NCBI GenBank assembly: GCA_016192345.1
Contig: JACPUH010000002.1
Coordinates: 8,875 to 72,874, forward strand
Source: Ignavibacteriales bacterium
GTDB taxonomy: Bacteria; Bacteroidota; Ignavibacteria; UBA10030
Length of the DNA stretch: 64,000 nt
Reading direction: 5' to 3'
Each line of letters begins with the position of its first letter. Position 1 is the first letter of the stretch. Positions 1-9,465 of the stretch are shown here, piece after piece. The notes under the pieces were generated by a model that had not been told where the DNA came from, did not search any database, and saw only the letters and a program-made list of their open reading frames with translations. The translations under genes were made by a program, and so were the position numbers.

Positions 1-310
1 CACACGTTTTTTCCATGGACGCCTGCTCAGCACCCACGAGCCCCAACTGCTCCTTGGTATACAACTTTCTGACCGATTGTAGTTGTTGCTCCATCGCCCG
101 GAGGTTCTTGACCACCTCACCGGCATGAGCCCGGGCAAGGGCCGCATTCAGTTCCGATTGGCTCGCTTCCTCCACCACGCGACCGGCGTGGCCGCGCACG
201 TTCTTGCAATCTCGAGTCAGCAACTCCTGTTGTTGTGTAAGTTCCGGGGCCTGGGCGATTGTGAGGCCAGGGAGGAACATGAAGAGAATACAGATCCGTA
301 CGGTGTTCAT
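1..310 (-). CDS. Secreted hypothetical protein, partial (runs off the left edge; absent from the ORF track)
   Basis: ATG at 310 preceded by AGGAGG; reads MNTVRICILFMFLPGLTIAQAPELTQQQ... with no stop to position 1; Sec-type signal peptide followed by a helical region. Confidence 0.7.
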   Translation of the reverse strand, partial: MNTVRICILFMFLPGLTIAQAPELTQQQELLTRDCKNVRGHAGRVVEEASQSELNAALARAHAGEVVKNLRAMEQQLQSVRKLYTKEQLGLVGAEQASMEKTC

Positions 311-409
311 GGTGCTTCCTCCTATGATTGTGAGGAATAACGAACATGGGTTCCCCTGCCGGTGGTTGATTGCCTCTTTCAGGATGACGCCGGACTGGGA
401 ACCTTTTCT

Positions 410-838
410 CTAGGCACTGCCCCGGTCAGCGACATCGGCAGATCCGGGGGTACGGCCTACTTTACACCCCATGCAATGCTGAGTATGCGGAACAATCTGC
501 AGGCGTTCTTTGCCGATCAGATTGCCGCAGATGACGCATCGACCGTATTCTCCCCGTTCAATCCTCTTCAGTGCTTCATCCAAGGCCCGAAGAATTTTAG
601 TTTGGCGACTGATCATGGCAGCATTCTGTTCGTGGGCGGCAGCACCGAAGGACCGCTCGACGAAACTTGCCTCAACGACCTGCGAATGGTCGCTCCCCTC
701 GCTCCATGAGGGGGATTGCGCCGATTCCGTCAACGCGGCCAGATCCTGCCGGAATCCTTCACGCATTTGGAGGATAATTGCCTGAAAATGGTCAAGTTCC
801 GCACGTGTGTATCGGTCCTTTGTGTCTGTCATAAACAT
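410..838 (-). CDS. TraR/DksA family C4 zinc-finger protein
   Basis: Coiled coil followed by EYGRCVIC...IGKERLQIVPHTQHCMGC (four Cys); start moved to ATG 838 (or 832) behind a GGAAGAGGGAGG RBS. Confidence 0.85.
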   Translation of the reverse strand: MFMTDTKDRYTRAELDHFQAIILQMREGFRQDLAALTESAQSPSWSEGSDHSQVVEASFVERSFGAAAHEQNAAMISRQTKILRALDEALKRIERGEYGRCVICGNLIGKERLQIVPHTQHCMGCKVGRTPGSADVADRGSA

Positions 839-970
839 CCTCCCTCTTCCTTTCACTGCTCGATCAACGGGAACACCCCCGGCGCTCGCTGCTGTTTCCT
901 GGGTGGATGCAAGGCCCGTCTTTCCCCCCAGGGGAGATAGGAAACTCCTTGCCTGCCCCTGGCATGGCAT

Positions 971-1018
971 AAAAAAACCAACACCCCGACCGCCCACGCG
1001 GCGCTTTGGTGTTGGTTT
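971..1018 (-). terminator. Rho-independent terminator downstream of the YbaK-family gene
   Basis: 11-bp inverted repeat AAACCAACACC (975-985)/GGTGTTGGTTT (1008-1018); on the minus strand the 3' arm ends in a 7-T run. Confidence 0.6.
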
Positions 1019-1155
1019 GATGCGAACAGCGAGCGTACGCGTGTTACGACGGATAGGTGATGCGTTCGTGCATGCGTGTTTGTTCCTTGAAATTGTCCTG
1101 GCTCAATTTACAGAACTTGGGATATTGAGTCAACCAAAAGTGCAACAATCGCATC

Positions 1156-1683
1156 CTATGAGACCTTGTCGTCGGCACTCCGTTCCCAAGTTGCCTCATC
1201 CTCATCGAACTCAGATTCAGGAAGGGCGATCTCTGCGATCATCGGGTGCACGAGCCGCTCGTACTCCGCGAACTTCATCCTGACCGAGTCGGTGTGTGTG
1301 CAGGCGTTGAACACGATCTCGTCATCATCCGCCAGCGTCTTATCGACAACTACCGGAAAACCGTAGAGATTCCCGAACGGTGGCATCGCACCGATTTCGC
1401 AACCGGGAAACAGAAGATCCAGATCCTCTTCGTGCGCCAGGTGGGCATGATGCACTTCGAGCGCACGTTTCAGACGGTGTTCGCTCAACCGCTGGTCCCC
1501 ACGCACAACAGCCATCCAGTAGACATTCCCTGCCTTCACCAGCAACGTCTTGGCCAATGCCGTGTCCGGAACGTGCGTCGCCTGCGCAACATCGTGTGCG
1601 CTGAACACCGGGGCGTGGCGAAGGAGCCGGAATGAGGCATTATTGGCGGTCAGATATTTAATGAGATCATGCGTCCGAGCCAT
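1156..1683 (-). CDS. YbaK/EbsC (aminoacyl-tRNA deacylase) family protein
   Basis: LAKTLLVK and GCEIGAMPPFG motifs, VVVDKTL...IVFNACTH; acidic C-terminal tail. Confidence 0.9.
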   Translation of the reverse strand: MARTHDLIKYLTANNASFRLLRHAPVFSAHDVAQATHVPDTALAKTLLVKAGNVYWMAVVRGDQRLSEHRLKRALEVHHAHLAHEEDLDLLFPGCEIGAMPPFGNLYGFPVVVDKTLADDDEIVFNACTHTDSVRMKFAEYERLVHPMIAEIALPESEFDEDEATWERSADDKVS

Positions 1684-1760
1684 CGGACTCCTCCAAGTGA
1701 TTGATCGATATCACGGTTCTTCCTCCCCGACCTTTCATCACCGGTCCAGCCGGCAAAGCA

Positions 1761-4079
1761 TCAGTGCGCTGCGACTTCCTTCACCGTTTCCTTTCCATGT
1801 CCACCGTTTTCTTTTCCATGTGCAGCGCCGAACCGGGATTGGGATTCAAAAACCGCCATGGCGGTGATGTTCACGATATCATTGACCTCCACTCCGGGCG
1901 TCAGCAGGTAGACGGGCTTCTTAATGCCCATCAGGATCGGTCCAATGGCCGTTGCACCTCCCAGCTTCGCAAGCAACTTATAGGCGATGTTTGCGGAGGT
2001 AAGGCCTGGGCAGATCAGGACATTTGCCGCGCCTTGAAGCGAGCTGAACGGGAAAAATTCGGACAGGATTTCAGGGGAAACTGCCGTGTCCGCCATCATC
2101 TCACCGTCAACGATCAGGTCGGGAGCCCGATGCTTGATGATACTCACGGCCTGGCGCATCTTGTCTGAGAAGGGGTGCTTCGTACTGCCGAAGTTGCTGA
2201 AGGAGAGCATCGCAACCCGGGGTTCGATCTGAAGTTGCTTGACCTTTTCAGCAGTCAGGATGGCAATATCCGCAAGATCTTCCGCACTGGGGTCGATGTT
2301 CACCGTCGCATCGGCAATAAAGATGGTTTGGTTCTTGAACACCATCATGTACAGGCCGGCGATCGTCCGCACTCCCTCCCGTTTACCGATGATCTGAAGC
2401 GCCGGTTTGACCGTATCGGGGTAATGGGTGGTAAGCCCGGAGATCAGCCCATCGGCATCCCCCTGCTGCACCATCATCATGCCGAAAATATTGTGCGTCT
2501 TGATCAACCGGTCCGCGTCAAACTTCGTGATCCCTTTCCGCTGGCGCATACTGTAAAACGCGGTCACATACTGATCGTGTTTCATGGACTTGGAGGGATT
2601 GATAATCTCCACCCCCTCCATTTCGATCCCCAATTCCTTCATCCGCTGCGTAATGAACGACCTGCTGCCAAGAAGAATGGGGGTCGCGATTTTCTCCTCC
2701 ACCAGGATATGCGCTGCCCGAAGGATCTTATCCTCTTCGCCCTCCGGGAACACGATCCGTTTGGGGGACTGCTGCGCCCGGCTGATGAAAAACCGCATGA
2801 CCTCGCGGGATTTTCCGAGTCTCGCCTCCAGCGCATCGCGGTACGCATCCATGTCCTTGATCGGCGTCCGGGCCACCCCGGTTTCCATGGCCGCCTTCGC
2901 GACAGCGATGGTCTCCCGCAGCAATACTCTCGGGTCAAACGGTTTGGGGATGATGTATTCTTTGCCGAACTCGATCCTCTTTCCGCCATAGGCTCTCGTC
3001 ACCGAATCGGGCACATCTTCCCTTGCCAACATTGCCAGGGCGTGGGAGGCCGCGATCTTCATCTCATCGTTGATCGATGTTGCGCGAACATCCAGGGCTC
3101 CGCGGAAAATAAAAGGAAACCCGAGAACGTTGTTGACCTGGTTCGGGTAATCAGATCGCCCCGTCGCCATAATAATATCATCCCGGACACTGACGGCATC
3201 ATCGTACGTGATTTCCGGGTCGGGGTTCGCCATGGCAAAAACGATCGGCTTGTCCGCCATGGAACGGACCATCTCCTTGGTGACGATCCCTTTTACGGAA
3301 ACGCCACAGAACACATCCGCACCGCTCATAGCTTCGGCGAGTGTTCGGGCCGGGCTTTTCGAAGCAAAATACTCCTTGTAGGAATTCATCCCCTCCTTTC
3401 GTCCCTTGAAGACGACTCCTTTCGTGTCGACAAGAAGCATGTTCTCCCGTCGCACTCCCAGTTTTTCGTACAATTTCGCGCAGGCAATCCCTGCCGCACC
3501 GGCCCCGCTGAACACGACCCTGACCTGATCGATCCTTTTTCCGGAAACTTCCAGCGCGTTGAGCAACGCCGCACCGCTGATGATCGCCGTTCCATGCTGA
3601 TCGTCATGGAAGACCGGAATATTCATGGTCTTCTTCAACGCCTCTTCGATGGCGAAACATTCCGGGGCCTTGATATCTTCGAGATTGATACCGCCAAAGG
3701 TCGGCTCGAGCAACTGGACCGCCCTTATAATTTCATCCGGGTTGTGGGTATTGAGTTCGATATCGAACACATCGATGTCGGCAAACCTCTTGAACAGCAC
3801 CCCCTTTCCCTCCATGACCGGCTTCCCGGCCAGGGCACCGATATCTCCCAACCCCAGAACCGCGGTGCCGTTCGAAACCACGGCGACGAGGTTCCCCTTC
3901 GCCGTATACCGGTACGCATCCTCCGGGTTTCTGGCGATCTCCAGGCACGGCTCAGCTACACCCGGCGTGTACGCCAGTGATAAATCCCGCTGAGTCTGGC
4001 AAGGCTTGGACGGCACCACTTCAATTTTGCCGCGCCTTCCCTGCGAGTGATATTCCAAAGCTTCTTCTTTTCTGACCAT
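1761..4079 (-). CDS. maeB: NADP-dependent malic enzyme with C-terminal phosphotransacetylase-like domain
   Basis: [61 protein letters not shown]; C-terminal [10 protein letters not shown]...DGEMMAD PTA-like domain; 772 aa. Confidence 0.95.
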   Translation of the reverse strand: MVRKEEALEYHSQGRRGKIEVVPSKPCQTQRDLSLAYTPGVAEPCLEIARNPEDAYRYTAKGNLVAVVSNGTAVLGLGDIGALAGKPVMEGKGVLFKRFADIDVFDIELNTHNPDEIIRAVQLLEPTFGGINLEDIKAPECFAIEEALKKTMNIPVFHDDQHGTAIISGAALLNALEVSGKRIDQVRVVFSGAGAAGIACAKLYEKLGVRRENMLLVDTKGVVFKGRKEGMNSYKEYFASKSPARTLAEAMSGADVFCGVSVKGIVTKEMVRSMADKPIVFAMANPDPEITYDDAVSVRDDIIMATGRSDYPNQVNNVLGFPFIFRGALDVRATSINDEMKIAASHALAMLAREDVPDSVTRAYGGKRIEFGKEYIIPKPFDPRVLLRETIAVAKAAMETGVARTPIKDMDAYRDALEARLGKSREVMRFFISRAQQSPKRIVFPEGEEDKILRAAHILVEEKIATPILLGSRSFITQRMKELGIEMEGVEIINPSKSMKHDQYVTAFYSMRQRKGITKFDADRLIKTHNIFGMMMVQQGDADGLISGLTTHYPDTVKPALQIIGKREGVRTIAGLYMMVFKNQTIFIADATVNIDPSAEDLADIAILTAEKVKQLQIEPRVAMLSFSNFGSTKHPFSDKMRQAVSIIKHRAPDLIVDGEMMADTAVSPEILSEFFPFSSLQGAANVLICPGLTSANIAYKLLAKLGGATAIGPILMGIKKPVYLLTPGVEVNDIVNITAMAVFESQSRFGAAHGKENGGHGKETVKEVAAH

Positions 4080-4103
4080 GACATTTACTCCTGACAGGTT
4101 TAA

Positions 4104-4454
4104 TTATCTTCGAATACGTCGTGAACGGGGACAACACGCAGCACATACTTCTACCAGGGGATTTTTCAAAAGCTGGTGCGGCTTCAACGCCGCACCGCAC
4201 AGCACACAGCAACGTTCCCCCGTATGGACAAATTCGACCGTCGCTTCATCGATAAGTTTCAACAATGTCCCATCAAGCCTCATCGAAGGACACTTCGTCG
4301 TCGGATATTTCTTGCAGGGTTTGGTCGGCAGGGAGCACAGTGAACAAATGTATGCCTCACCCTCTTCCCGCAGAAGCAATTCACGGCCATCCGAACCGCG
4401 ACGGACGGCCTGTTCCAGAGCATGGAGAAATAGTCTGTTTCCAGCGTGTTTCAT
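4104..4454 (-). CDS. Small Cys-rich hypothetical protein (116 aa, 10 Cys), putative metal-binding
   Basis: ATG 4454 with AGAGG RBS; CSLC, CCVLC and CAACC clusters; stop lies 24 nt before the maeB start. The ORF-track extension to 4760 looks non-coding. Confidence 0.6.
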   Translation of the reverse strand: MKHAGNRLFLHALEQAVRRGSDGRELLLREEGEAYICSLCSLPTKPCKKYPTTKCPSMRLDGTLLKLIDEATVEFVHTGERCCVLCGAALKPHQLLKNPLVEVCAACCPRSRRIRR

Positions 4455-4497
4455 TATTGGAAAGAAAAACCTCTGTGGTGTGTACTGCAAAAAAGGA

Positions 4498-4513
4498 GAC
4501 AACAAGCGTTCCA
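4498..4513 (-). promoter_or_regulatory. Candidate sigma54 -24/-12 promoter for the Cys-rich gene/maeB
   Basis: Minus strand TGGAAC-GCTTG-TTGTC with correct 5-nt spacing, about 45 nt before ATG 4454; two deviations from TGGCAC-N5-TTGC. Confidence 0.4.
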
Positions 4514-4722
4514 CTGCAAGCCTGCCAAACCCTTCGGGAAGCACAAACTTTCCAAGGGGGAGGCTTCCTTCTTTCTCATTCTTAGGAAGATGGGGGGGAG
4601 ATTTTTCAATTCGGGGAAGGTTTGATGCAAAGAGGTGAGGAACAACGGGAAAAAGGGGAAACACTAACGCGGAACGGAGCAGTGAAGAGTGGAAAGATCC
4701 TTCAAAATATCTTTTTTGATGT

Positions 4723-4959
4723 TCACGGGGACCAGTACCGCAAAAACAATCTGTGGGCATATTGCTTTAGGAAAGTCCGAAGAATCGAACTTTCACAAAC
4801 CCGATCGAATCCCTCACAAGCGTCTGCAAGGACCCCTTCGGCCTGCAGCCGTGTCGGGGCCGACTTGATCTGTTCCTCCAACCCTGCGCAATGCAGACCA
4901 ATGACCTCCTGTTGCCGGCCCGGCTGCATCAGCTCATTGGACGCCAGTTCATCCTGCAT
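4723..4959 (-). CDS. Small hypothetical protein (78 aa)
   Basis: ATG 9 nt after the OsmC-family stop, same strand, fills the gap; C-terminal SSILRTFLKQYAHR loosely resembles small three-helix domains. No firm family. Confidence 0.35.
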   Translation of the reverse strand: MQDELASNELMQPGRQQEVIGLHCAGLEEQIKSAPTRLQAEGVLADACEGFDRVCESSILRTFLKQYAHRLFLRYWSP

Positions 4960-4968
4960 GGCAATGGA

Positions 4969-5442
4969 TCATCCCCCGTGCACGCGAATCACCGGTTCCA
5001 CAACAACCCGGGACTTCACCGAGTTACCGATCAGGCAATTCTTGTGTGCGGCGTGGATGGTGTCCTCCGCTTGAAGAACGGCTTCGGGCGAGCCGACCTC
5101 GATCACCGGACGGATAACGACTTTGGTGAAACTGTACCCCCCGTCGGCGAATTCCAGGACTCCTTCCGCGTCGCTCGTATAAGAGACCAGCGGAATCTGG
5201 AGCCGGGTCGCCAACGCGATAAAGGTGGTCATCGTGCAGGCGTTGACCGCCGCGACGAACAGATCCTCCGGGCTCCAGACTCCTGCTTCGCCCTTGAACT
5301 CAGGAGGACTGGCAACCCGGAAGGACGGTTTCCCTTCCGAGGTGAGCGTTCCTGCGCGGTTTTCCAACCATGCAACATTGACCTGGTAGGTGTAGGTCTT
5401 GCGCTTGATACCGGTTGAAGGTGCTGCGACTGTTTGTTCCAT
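4969..5442 (-). CDS. OsmC/Ohr family peroxiredoxin-like protein
   Basis: VASPPEFKGEAGVWSPEDLFVAAVNAC ... AAHKNCLIGNS (two conserved Cys); start moved to ATG 5442 because the track start overlaps trxA. Confidence 0.9.
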   Translation of the reverse strand: MEQTVAAPSTGIKRKTYTYQVNVAWLENRAGTLTSEGKPSFRVASPPEFKGEAGVWSPEDLFVAAVNACTMTTFIALATRLQIPLVSYTSDAEGVLEFADGGYSFTKVVIRPVIEVGSPEAVLQAEDTIHAAHKNCLIGNSVKSRVVVEPVIRVHGG

Positions 5443-5473
5443 GAGATGCTTTTGTCGTGATGTGTGTGAATGA

Positions 5474-5818
5474 TCAGGCGACAACCTGCGCAGCAAGATG
5501 CTGATCCAGTTTTGCCTTGAGCATGGATTTGGGCGCCGCACCGACGATGCCGTCCACCAGTTGTCCTCCCTTGAAAATCCCGAGGGTAGGAATGCCGCGG
5601 ATCCCGTACGTTGCCGGTGCCTCGCTGTTTTCATCCGTATTCAGCTTGACAATTTTTACTTTTCCGGCATATTCGATCGCAAGCTCATCGACGATCGGAC
5701 CGACCATGCGGCATGGCCCGCACCATGGGGCCCAGAAATCGACCAGCACCGGGACGGAGGCCTTCAAGACTTCCTTCTCAAAGGTTCCATCGGTTGCATG
5801 AATAACGTTTTCGTTCAT
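5474..5818 (-). CDS. trxA: Thioredoxin
   Basis: [18 protein letters not shown] and GIRGIPTL; 114 aa. Confidence 0.97.
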   Translation of the reverse strand: MNENVIHATDGTFEKEVLKASVPVLVDFWAPWCGPCRMVGPIVDELAIEYAGKVKIVKLNTDENSEAPATYGIRGIPTLGIFKGGQLVDGIVGAAPKSMLKAKLDQHLAAQVVA

Positions 5819-5882
5819 TGTTTTCTCCTGAGTGAGGCGATCGTACGGTCTCTCTTCCGTGATCGCGTAAGAATTGGTTTTG

Positions 5883-6095
5883 TTATGAGACTTTGGGACT
5901 CTTCTTCGTTGAGACCTTGAGGGCCGTGTAGATGGGACAGAAGGAAAGGGAGCTTGTCAGCACAAAGACGAAGGCGGCGATTCCCAGCACCGTCGCAGCC
6001 AATCCCGTGATTTGGTCGGTGAAATACAGCGCGCCGATGAGAAGAGCGATAAGCACCCGCATCAGACGGTCGGTGGATCCTATATTGGTCGTCAT
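5883..6095 (-). CDS. DUF2892 (YgaP-like) small membrane protein
   Basis: [17 protein letters not shown]... two TM helices ...SFCPIYTAL motif; start moved to ATG 6095. Confidence 0.9.
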   Translation of the reverse strand: MTTNIGSTDRLMRVLIALLIGALYFTDQITGLAATVLGIAAFVFVLTSSLSFCPIYTALKVSTKKSPKVS

Positions 6096-6182
6096 TGTTG
6101 ACCCTTTGTTGAACCGCGAATTGGAATATTGTTCGAACAGCTTGTGTAGGTAAGATGCGGGAGGATGCAGAAAGGGGTCACG

Positions 6183-6204
6183 AAAAAGGGGCCGAAAAAG
6201 CCCC
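6183..6204 (-). terminator. Weak Rho-independent terminator after the anti-sigma gene
   Basis: GGGGC/GCCCC stem (6188-6192/6200-6204) followed by 5 T on the minus strand. Confidence 0.4.
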
Positions 6205-6216
6205 GGACTCACACGA

Positions 6217-6456
6217 TTACTCGGAGGGCTTCGCCCGGGAGCTCTTGATGACCGCCAGCACATGAGAGAGAAGGGATTGCGGGACAATGAGGCTGGGTTG
6301 TGACTTGTAGAGCGAGACTGTTTTTTTCAGAGACTGCAGTGTTGTCGCGCAGTTCCCGCAACTGCTCAAATGCTCCTTGATGGAGCGACGGGACGGTTCA
6401 TCAAGATGCTCGTCCAGTTCTTCAATCAGAAAACGATACACTTCTGCACAGTCCAT
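6217..6456 (-). CDS. Zinc-binding anti-sigma factor (zf-HC2/ZAS), soluble
   Basis: N-terminal MDC plus HLSSCGNC (HxxxCxxC); 79 aa, no TM helix; starts 3 nt after the ECF sigma stop. Confidence 0.9.
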   Translation of the reverse strand: MDCAEVYRFLIEELDEHLDEPSRRSIKEHLSSCGNCATTLQSLKKTVSLYKSQPSLIVPQSLLSHVLAVIKSSRAKPSE

Positions 6457-6459
6457 GGT

Positions 6460-7068
6460 CTAGTCGGCAAGATAGTCGGTCAATTGTTCACGCAGGAATG
6501 CCCGCGCGCGCCGGAGCCGCGATTTGCTCGCTTCCTGTGAAATCCCGAGGATCGCGGCAGTCTCCTCATTGTTGTTTCCCTCCAGATCCCTCAGGATAAA
6601 AACCACGCGATACTCCATGGGGAGCCTGAGGATGGCCCTGTCCAGATGGTCCTGGAGCTCCTTGTTGATCAACGTCTGCATCGGACCGTGACCGGGATCG
6701 GCAACCTGGAGCGCCGGCTCGCCCCCCTCCTTCTCCCCTGGAAATTCATCATACGCCTGCATCTTCTCGTCGATCTTGCGGCGGCGGCGCTTCATCAGAC
6801 AACTGTTGGTCACGATGGAGTACAGCCACGTAGAGAACTTGGACCTTCCGTCAAACTGTGAGAGTTTCTGGTAGACGTTAATGAAGGTATCCTGGAAGGT
6901 CTCCTCCGCTTTGGAGCGGTCGCGGCAGACCTTGTGCGCAAAGTTCAGCACCAGTGACTGATGTTGCTTCATCAAGGCCGTAAAGGCACGCTCATCCCCC
7001 TCACGTGCCTGCCGAATCAACTCGCCTTCTGCCTGTTCCTGCCCCGCCGTCAAGACCTCAGCCATCAT
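6460..7068 (-). CDS. ECF RNA polymerase sigma factor
   Basis: Region 2 (AEETFQDTFI...FDGRSKFSTWLYSIVTNSC) and region 4 (LPMEYRVVFILRDLEG...ETAAILGIS...KSRLRRAR). Confidence 0.95.
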   Translation of the reverse strand: MMAEVLTAGQEQAEGELIRQAREGDERAFTALMKQHQSLVLNFAHKVCRDRSKAEETFQDTFINVYQKLSQFDGRSKFSTWLYSIVTNSCLMKRRRRKIDEKMQAYDEFPGEKEGGEPALQVADPGHGPMQTLINKELQDHLDRAILRLPMEYRVVFILRDLEGNNNEETAAILGISQEASKSRLRRARAFLREQLTDYLAD

Positions 7069-7077
7069 AACCCCTCT

Positions 7078-8064
7078 TCAATTAAGATGAATTTTAAACT
7101 CCATCTTCCGGATAAGTTCTCCCTCCGTCCCCTCGATCGCCTTGTAATGCTTCCGGTCATAGTAGAAGAACGACTCAATAAGGCCTTCCTCTTCCATGAT
7201 CCCCAGTGAGATAAGGACATCGAGATGCGACAATCCGAGAGCGCGCGCAAGTTCATCGAGCGTCATCGCCCGGCGGTGCAGCGCGGCAAGAATTTCGTCA
7301 TTATTGATCCTGTGCCGGGCCGTGACCGGTCTTGCGCCGCTCACCCCAATGACTTCACATGTTTCCCCGAACAACTCCCTGAGCCTGTACAGCTCCTTCT
7401 CCGCCACAGGTCCAAACACGGCATTGGACGGGGGCCGGATGATGGTGTTCAACTGGACCTTATCCGGCTGGATTTCCCCAACCACCCGCCTCAATCTCTC
7501 CACTTCGGATCGTTCATCGTTCAACCCTTTGACGAAGAGAATTTCCAGCCAGATCTGACCATGAAATTCCTTCCGGAACGTCTTCAGTCCTTCGATGATC
7601 GTTTCGATCTGAAGCGCGGGATGGGGACGATTCACCATCCCGAACACCCGGGTGGAAACCGCATCGAGCGATGGGAGGATAATATCGGCCTCCCTCAAAT
7701 CGTTCCGGACACTCTCCAGATACAACAAGGAGCCATTGGTGATGACCGCCACCGGTATCTGCGTGAGTTGCTTGACGGCATGGATGATCTCGCCAAGCTT
7801 TGAGTTCAGCGTCGGTTCACCCGCACCGGAAAATGTGATGGTATCGATCTGTTGTGGTTCCGCCAAGACCTCGGTCAATTCAGCGATAATCTTGTCCGCA
7901 GGGCAGTACTCCTGGCGGCGCATCGCCCGCTTATCGGTTGGTCCTACTTCACAATACACACAATCGAAATTACACAGTTTATGAGGAATGACATCGACCC
8001 CAAGGGACCTCCCGAGACGACGCGACGGGACCGGTCCGAAAATGTACCTCCGTCCATGGTTCAT
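7078..8064 (-). CDS. Radical SAM protein (YIFGPVPSRRLGRSLG family), function unknown
   Basis: CNFDCVYC triad, ITFSGAGEPTL, VAVITNGSLL; C-terminal HTH-like segment. Confidence 0.9.
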   Translation of the reverse strand: MNHGRRYIFGPVPSRRLGRSLGVDVIPHKLCNFDCVYCEVGPTDKRAMRRQEYCPADKIIAELTEVLAEPQQIDTITFSGAGEPTLNSKLGEIIHAVKQLTQIPVAVITNGSLLYLESVRNDLREADIILPSLDAVSTRVFGMVNRPHPALQIETIIEGLKTFRKEFHGQIWLEILFVKGLNDERSEVERLRRVVGEIQPDKVQLNTIIRPPSNAVFGPVAEKELYRLRELFGETCEVIGVSGARPVTARHRINNDEILAALHRRAMTLDELARALGLSHLDVLISLGIMEEEGLIESFFYYDRKHYKAIEGTEGELIRKMEFKIHLN

Positions 8065-8128
8065 ACAAGCCTCGATTTCTCATCAATCTCCCAAGCGGGA
8101 GTGTGGTCGCTTTGACAACGACACCGTA

Positions 8129-9460
8129 TCAGTGTGGCCGTTCGGCTTCTGCTGTGTGGAACTGTTTATAATTTGAAGATTCACGCAATGCTGCCTCCAG
8201 TTCCGGGCGGAACTCCGGATGGGCAATGGACAGCAAGGCCTCAGCACGCTGCACCAGGTTCCTTCCATGCAGGGAAGCAACCCCATACTCCGTGACGACA
8301 TAGTGAACGTCCGCCCTCGAAGTCACGACACCCGCTCCCGGCTTCAGCTGCGACACGATGCGCGAGACGGTGCCATCTCTTGTTGTGGAAGGGAGGGCGA
8401 TAATCGGCTTCCCTCCTTTGGAATAGGAGGCTCCGCGAATGAAATCCACCTGTCCGCCGAACCCGCTGTAGATCCGGCTTCCGATAGAGTCGGCACACAC
8501 CTGGCCGGTAATATCGACCTCGATGGCCGAATTGATTGCCACCATCTTTGCATTCTGGGCGATGATGAACGGATCATTGGTGTAATCACACGGGTGAAGC
8601 TCAAAGAGAGGGTTGTTATGGACATAGCGATACAATACTTCCGATCCGAGGACGAACGTGGCAATCACCTTGCCGGGATGAAGCGTTTTCCTCCGGTTCG
8701 TAATGATCCCTCGATCGATGGCCTTGACCACGCCATCGGAAACCATCTCCGTGTGGATACCCAGATCGTGCTTCCCTTCCAGGAGGGAAAGGACCGCGTC
8801 CGGGATACCGCCGATGCCGAGCTGCAGGGTTGAACCGTCTTCGATCAGGTCAGCGATGTGGGAGGCGATCCGCCGCTCAATCTCCGTCGAGCCCCCTTCC
8901 CTGAGGACCTCAAGCGGTTCGGAACATTCAACGATCTTATCGACACGGGAGCTATGGATGAACACATCTCCCAGCGTGCGCGGCATCCTCTCATTCACCT
9001 GCGCCACGACGATCTTGGCGCTTTCCGCCGCTGCCTTCGACGCGGCGCATTCAACGCCGAAACTCATGAACCCATGCTCGTCCGGTGGCGAGAGATGGAT
9101 GAACGCGACATCCAGAGGAATGATACGGTCGGTGAACAAGGACGGGATGTTGGAGAGATGCACCGGCACATAGGCCGACCTTCCATTGCTGATCGCCTTC
9201 CGATCCGCGGCCCCCACGAAGAGGGAGTTATGGCGGAAATGGCCATCCATCTCCGGACGGGAAAGGGGATCGTCCCCCATCAGCAAAACGTGGTTGACCT
9301 CAACATCGAACAGCTCATCCTTCCTGCGGACAAGCCCTTTCGTCAGCAAGGAAGGAGTGGCAGCGTTGCCGCTGATAAAGATCCGGTCCCCGGACTTCAC
9401 GACGGAAACCGCTTCATCCAGGGAAACAACTTTTGATTTATAGAGTTCGAGCCAGGTCAT
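8129..9460 (-). CDS. Acetyl-CoA hydrolase/transferase family protein (4-hydroxybutyrate CoA-transferase-like)
   Basis: LQLGIGGIPDAV, LGIHTEMVSDG, NSAIEVDITGQV, SGFGGQVDF, VVTEYGVA. Confidence 0.9.
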   Translation of the reverse strand: MTWLELYKSKVVSLDEAVSVVKSGDRIFISGNAATPSLLTKGLVRRKDELFDVEVNHVLLMGDDPLSRPEMDGHFRHNSLFVGAADRKAISNGRSAYVPVHLSNIPSLFTDRIIPLDVAFIHLSPPDEHGFMSFGVECAASKAAAESAKIVVAQVNERMPRTLGDVFIHSSRVDKIVECSEPLEVLREGGSTEIERRIASHIADLIEDGSTLQLGIGGIPDAVLSLLEGKHDLGIHTEMVSDGVVKAIDRGIITNRRKTLHPGKVIATFVLGSEVLYRYVHNNPLFELHPCDYTNDPFIIAQNAKMVAINSAIEVDITGQVCADSIGSRIYSGFGGQVDFIRGASYSKGGKPIIALPSTTRDGTVSRIVSQLKPGAGVVTSRADVHYVVTEYGVASLHGRNLVQRAEALLSIAHPEFRPELEAALRESSNYKQFHTAEAERPH

Positions 9461-9465
9461 GATGT

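Noticed and set aside
1701-1714. FNR-like box TTGAT-CGAT-ATCAC before the YbaK-family gene
   Set aside because: One mismatch, only 17 nt from the start codon, single occurrence; compatible with chance.
4455-4760. ORF-track N-terminal extensions (also 5443-5634, 6096-6287, 20985-21233, 57282-57386, 839-997)
   Set aside because: They overlap neighbouring genes or promoters, lack an RBS, and family homology begins at downstream starts.
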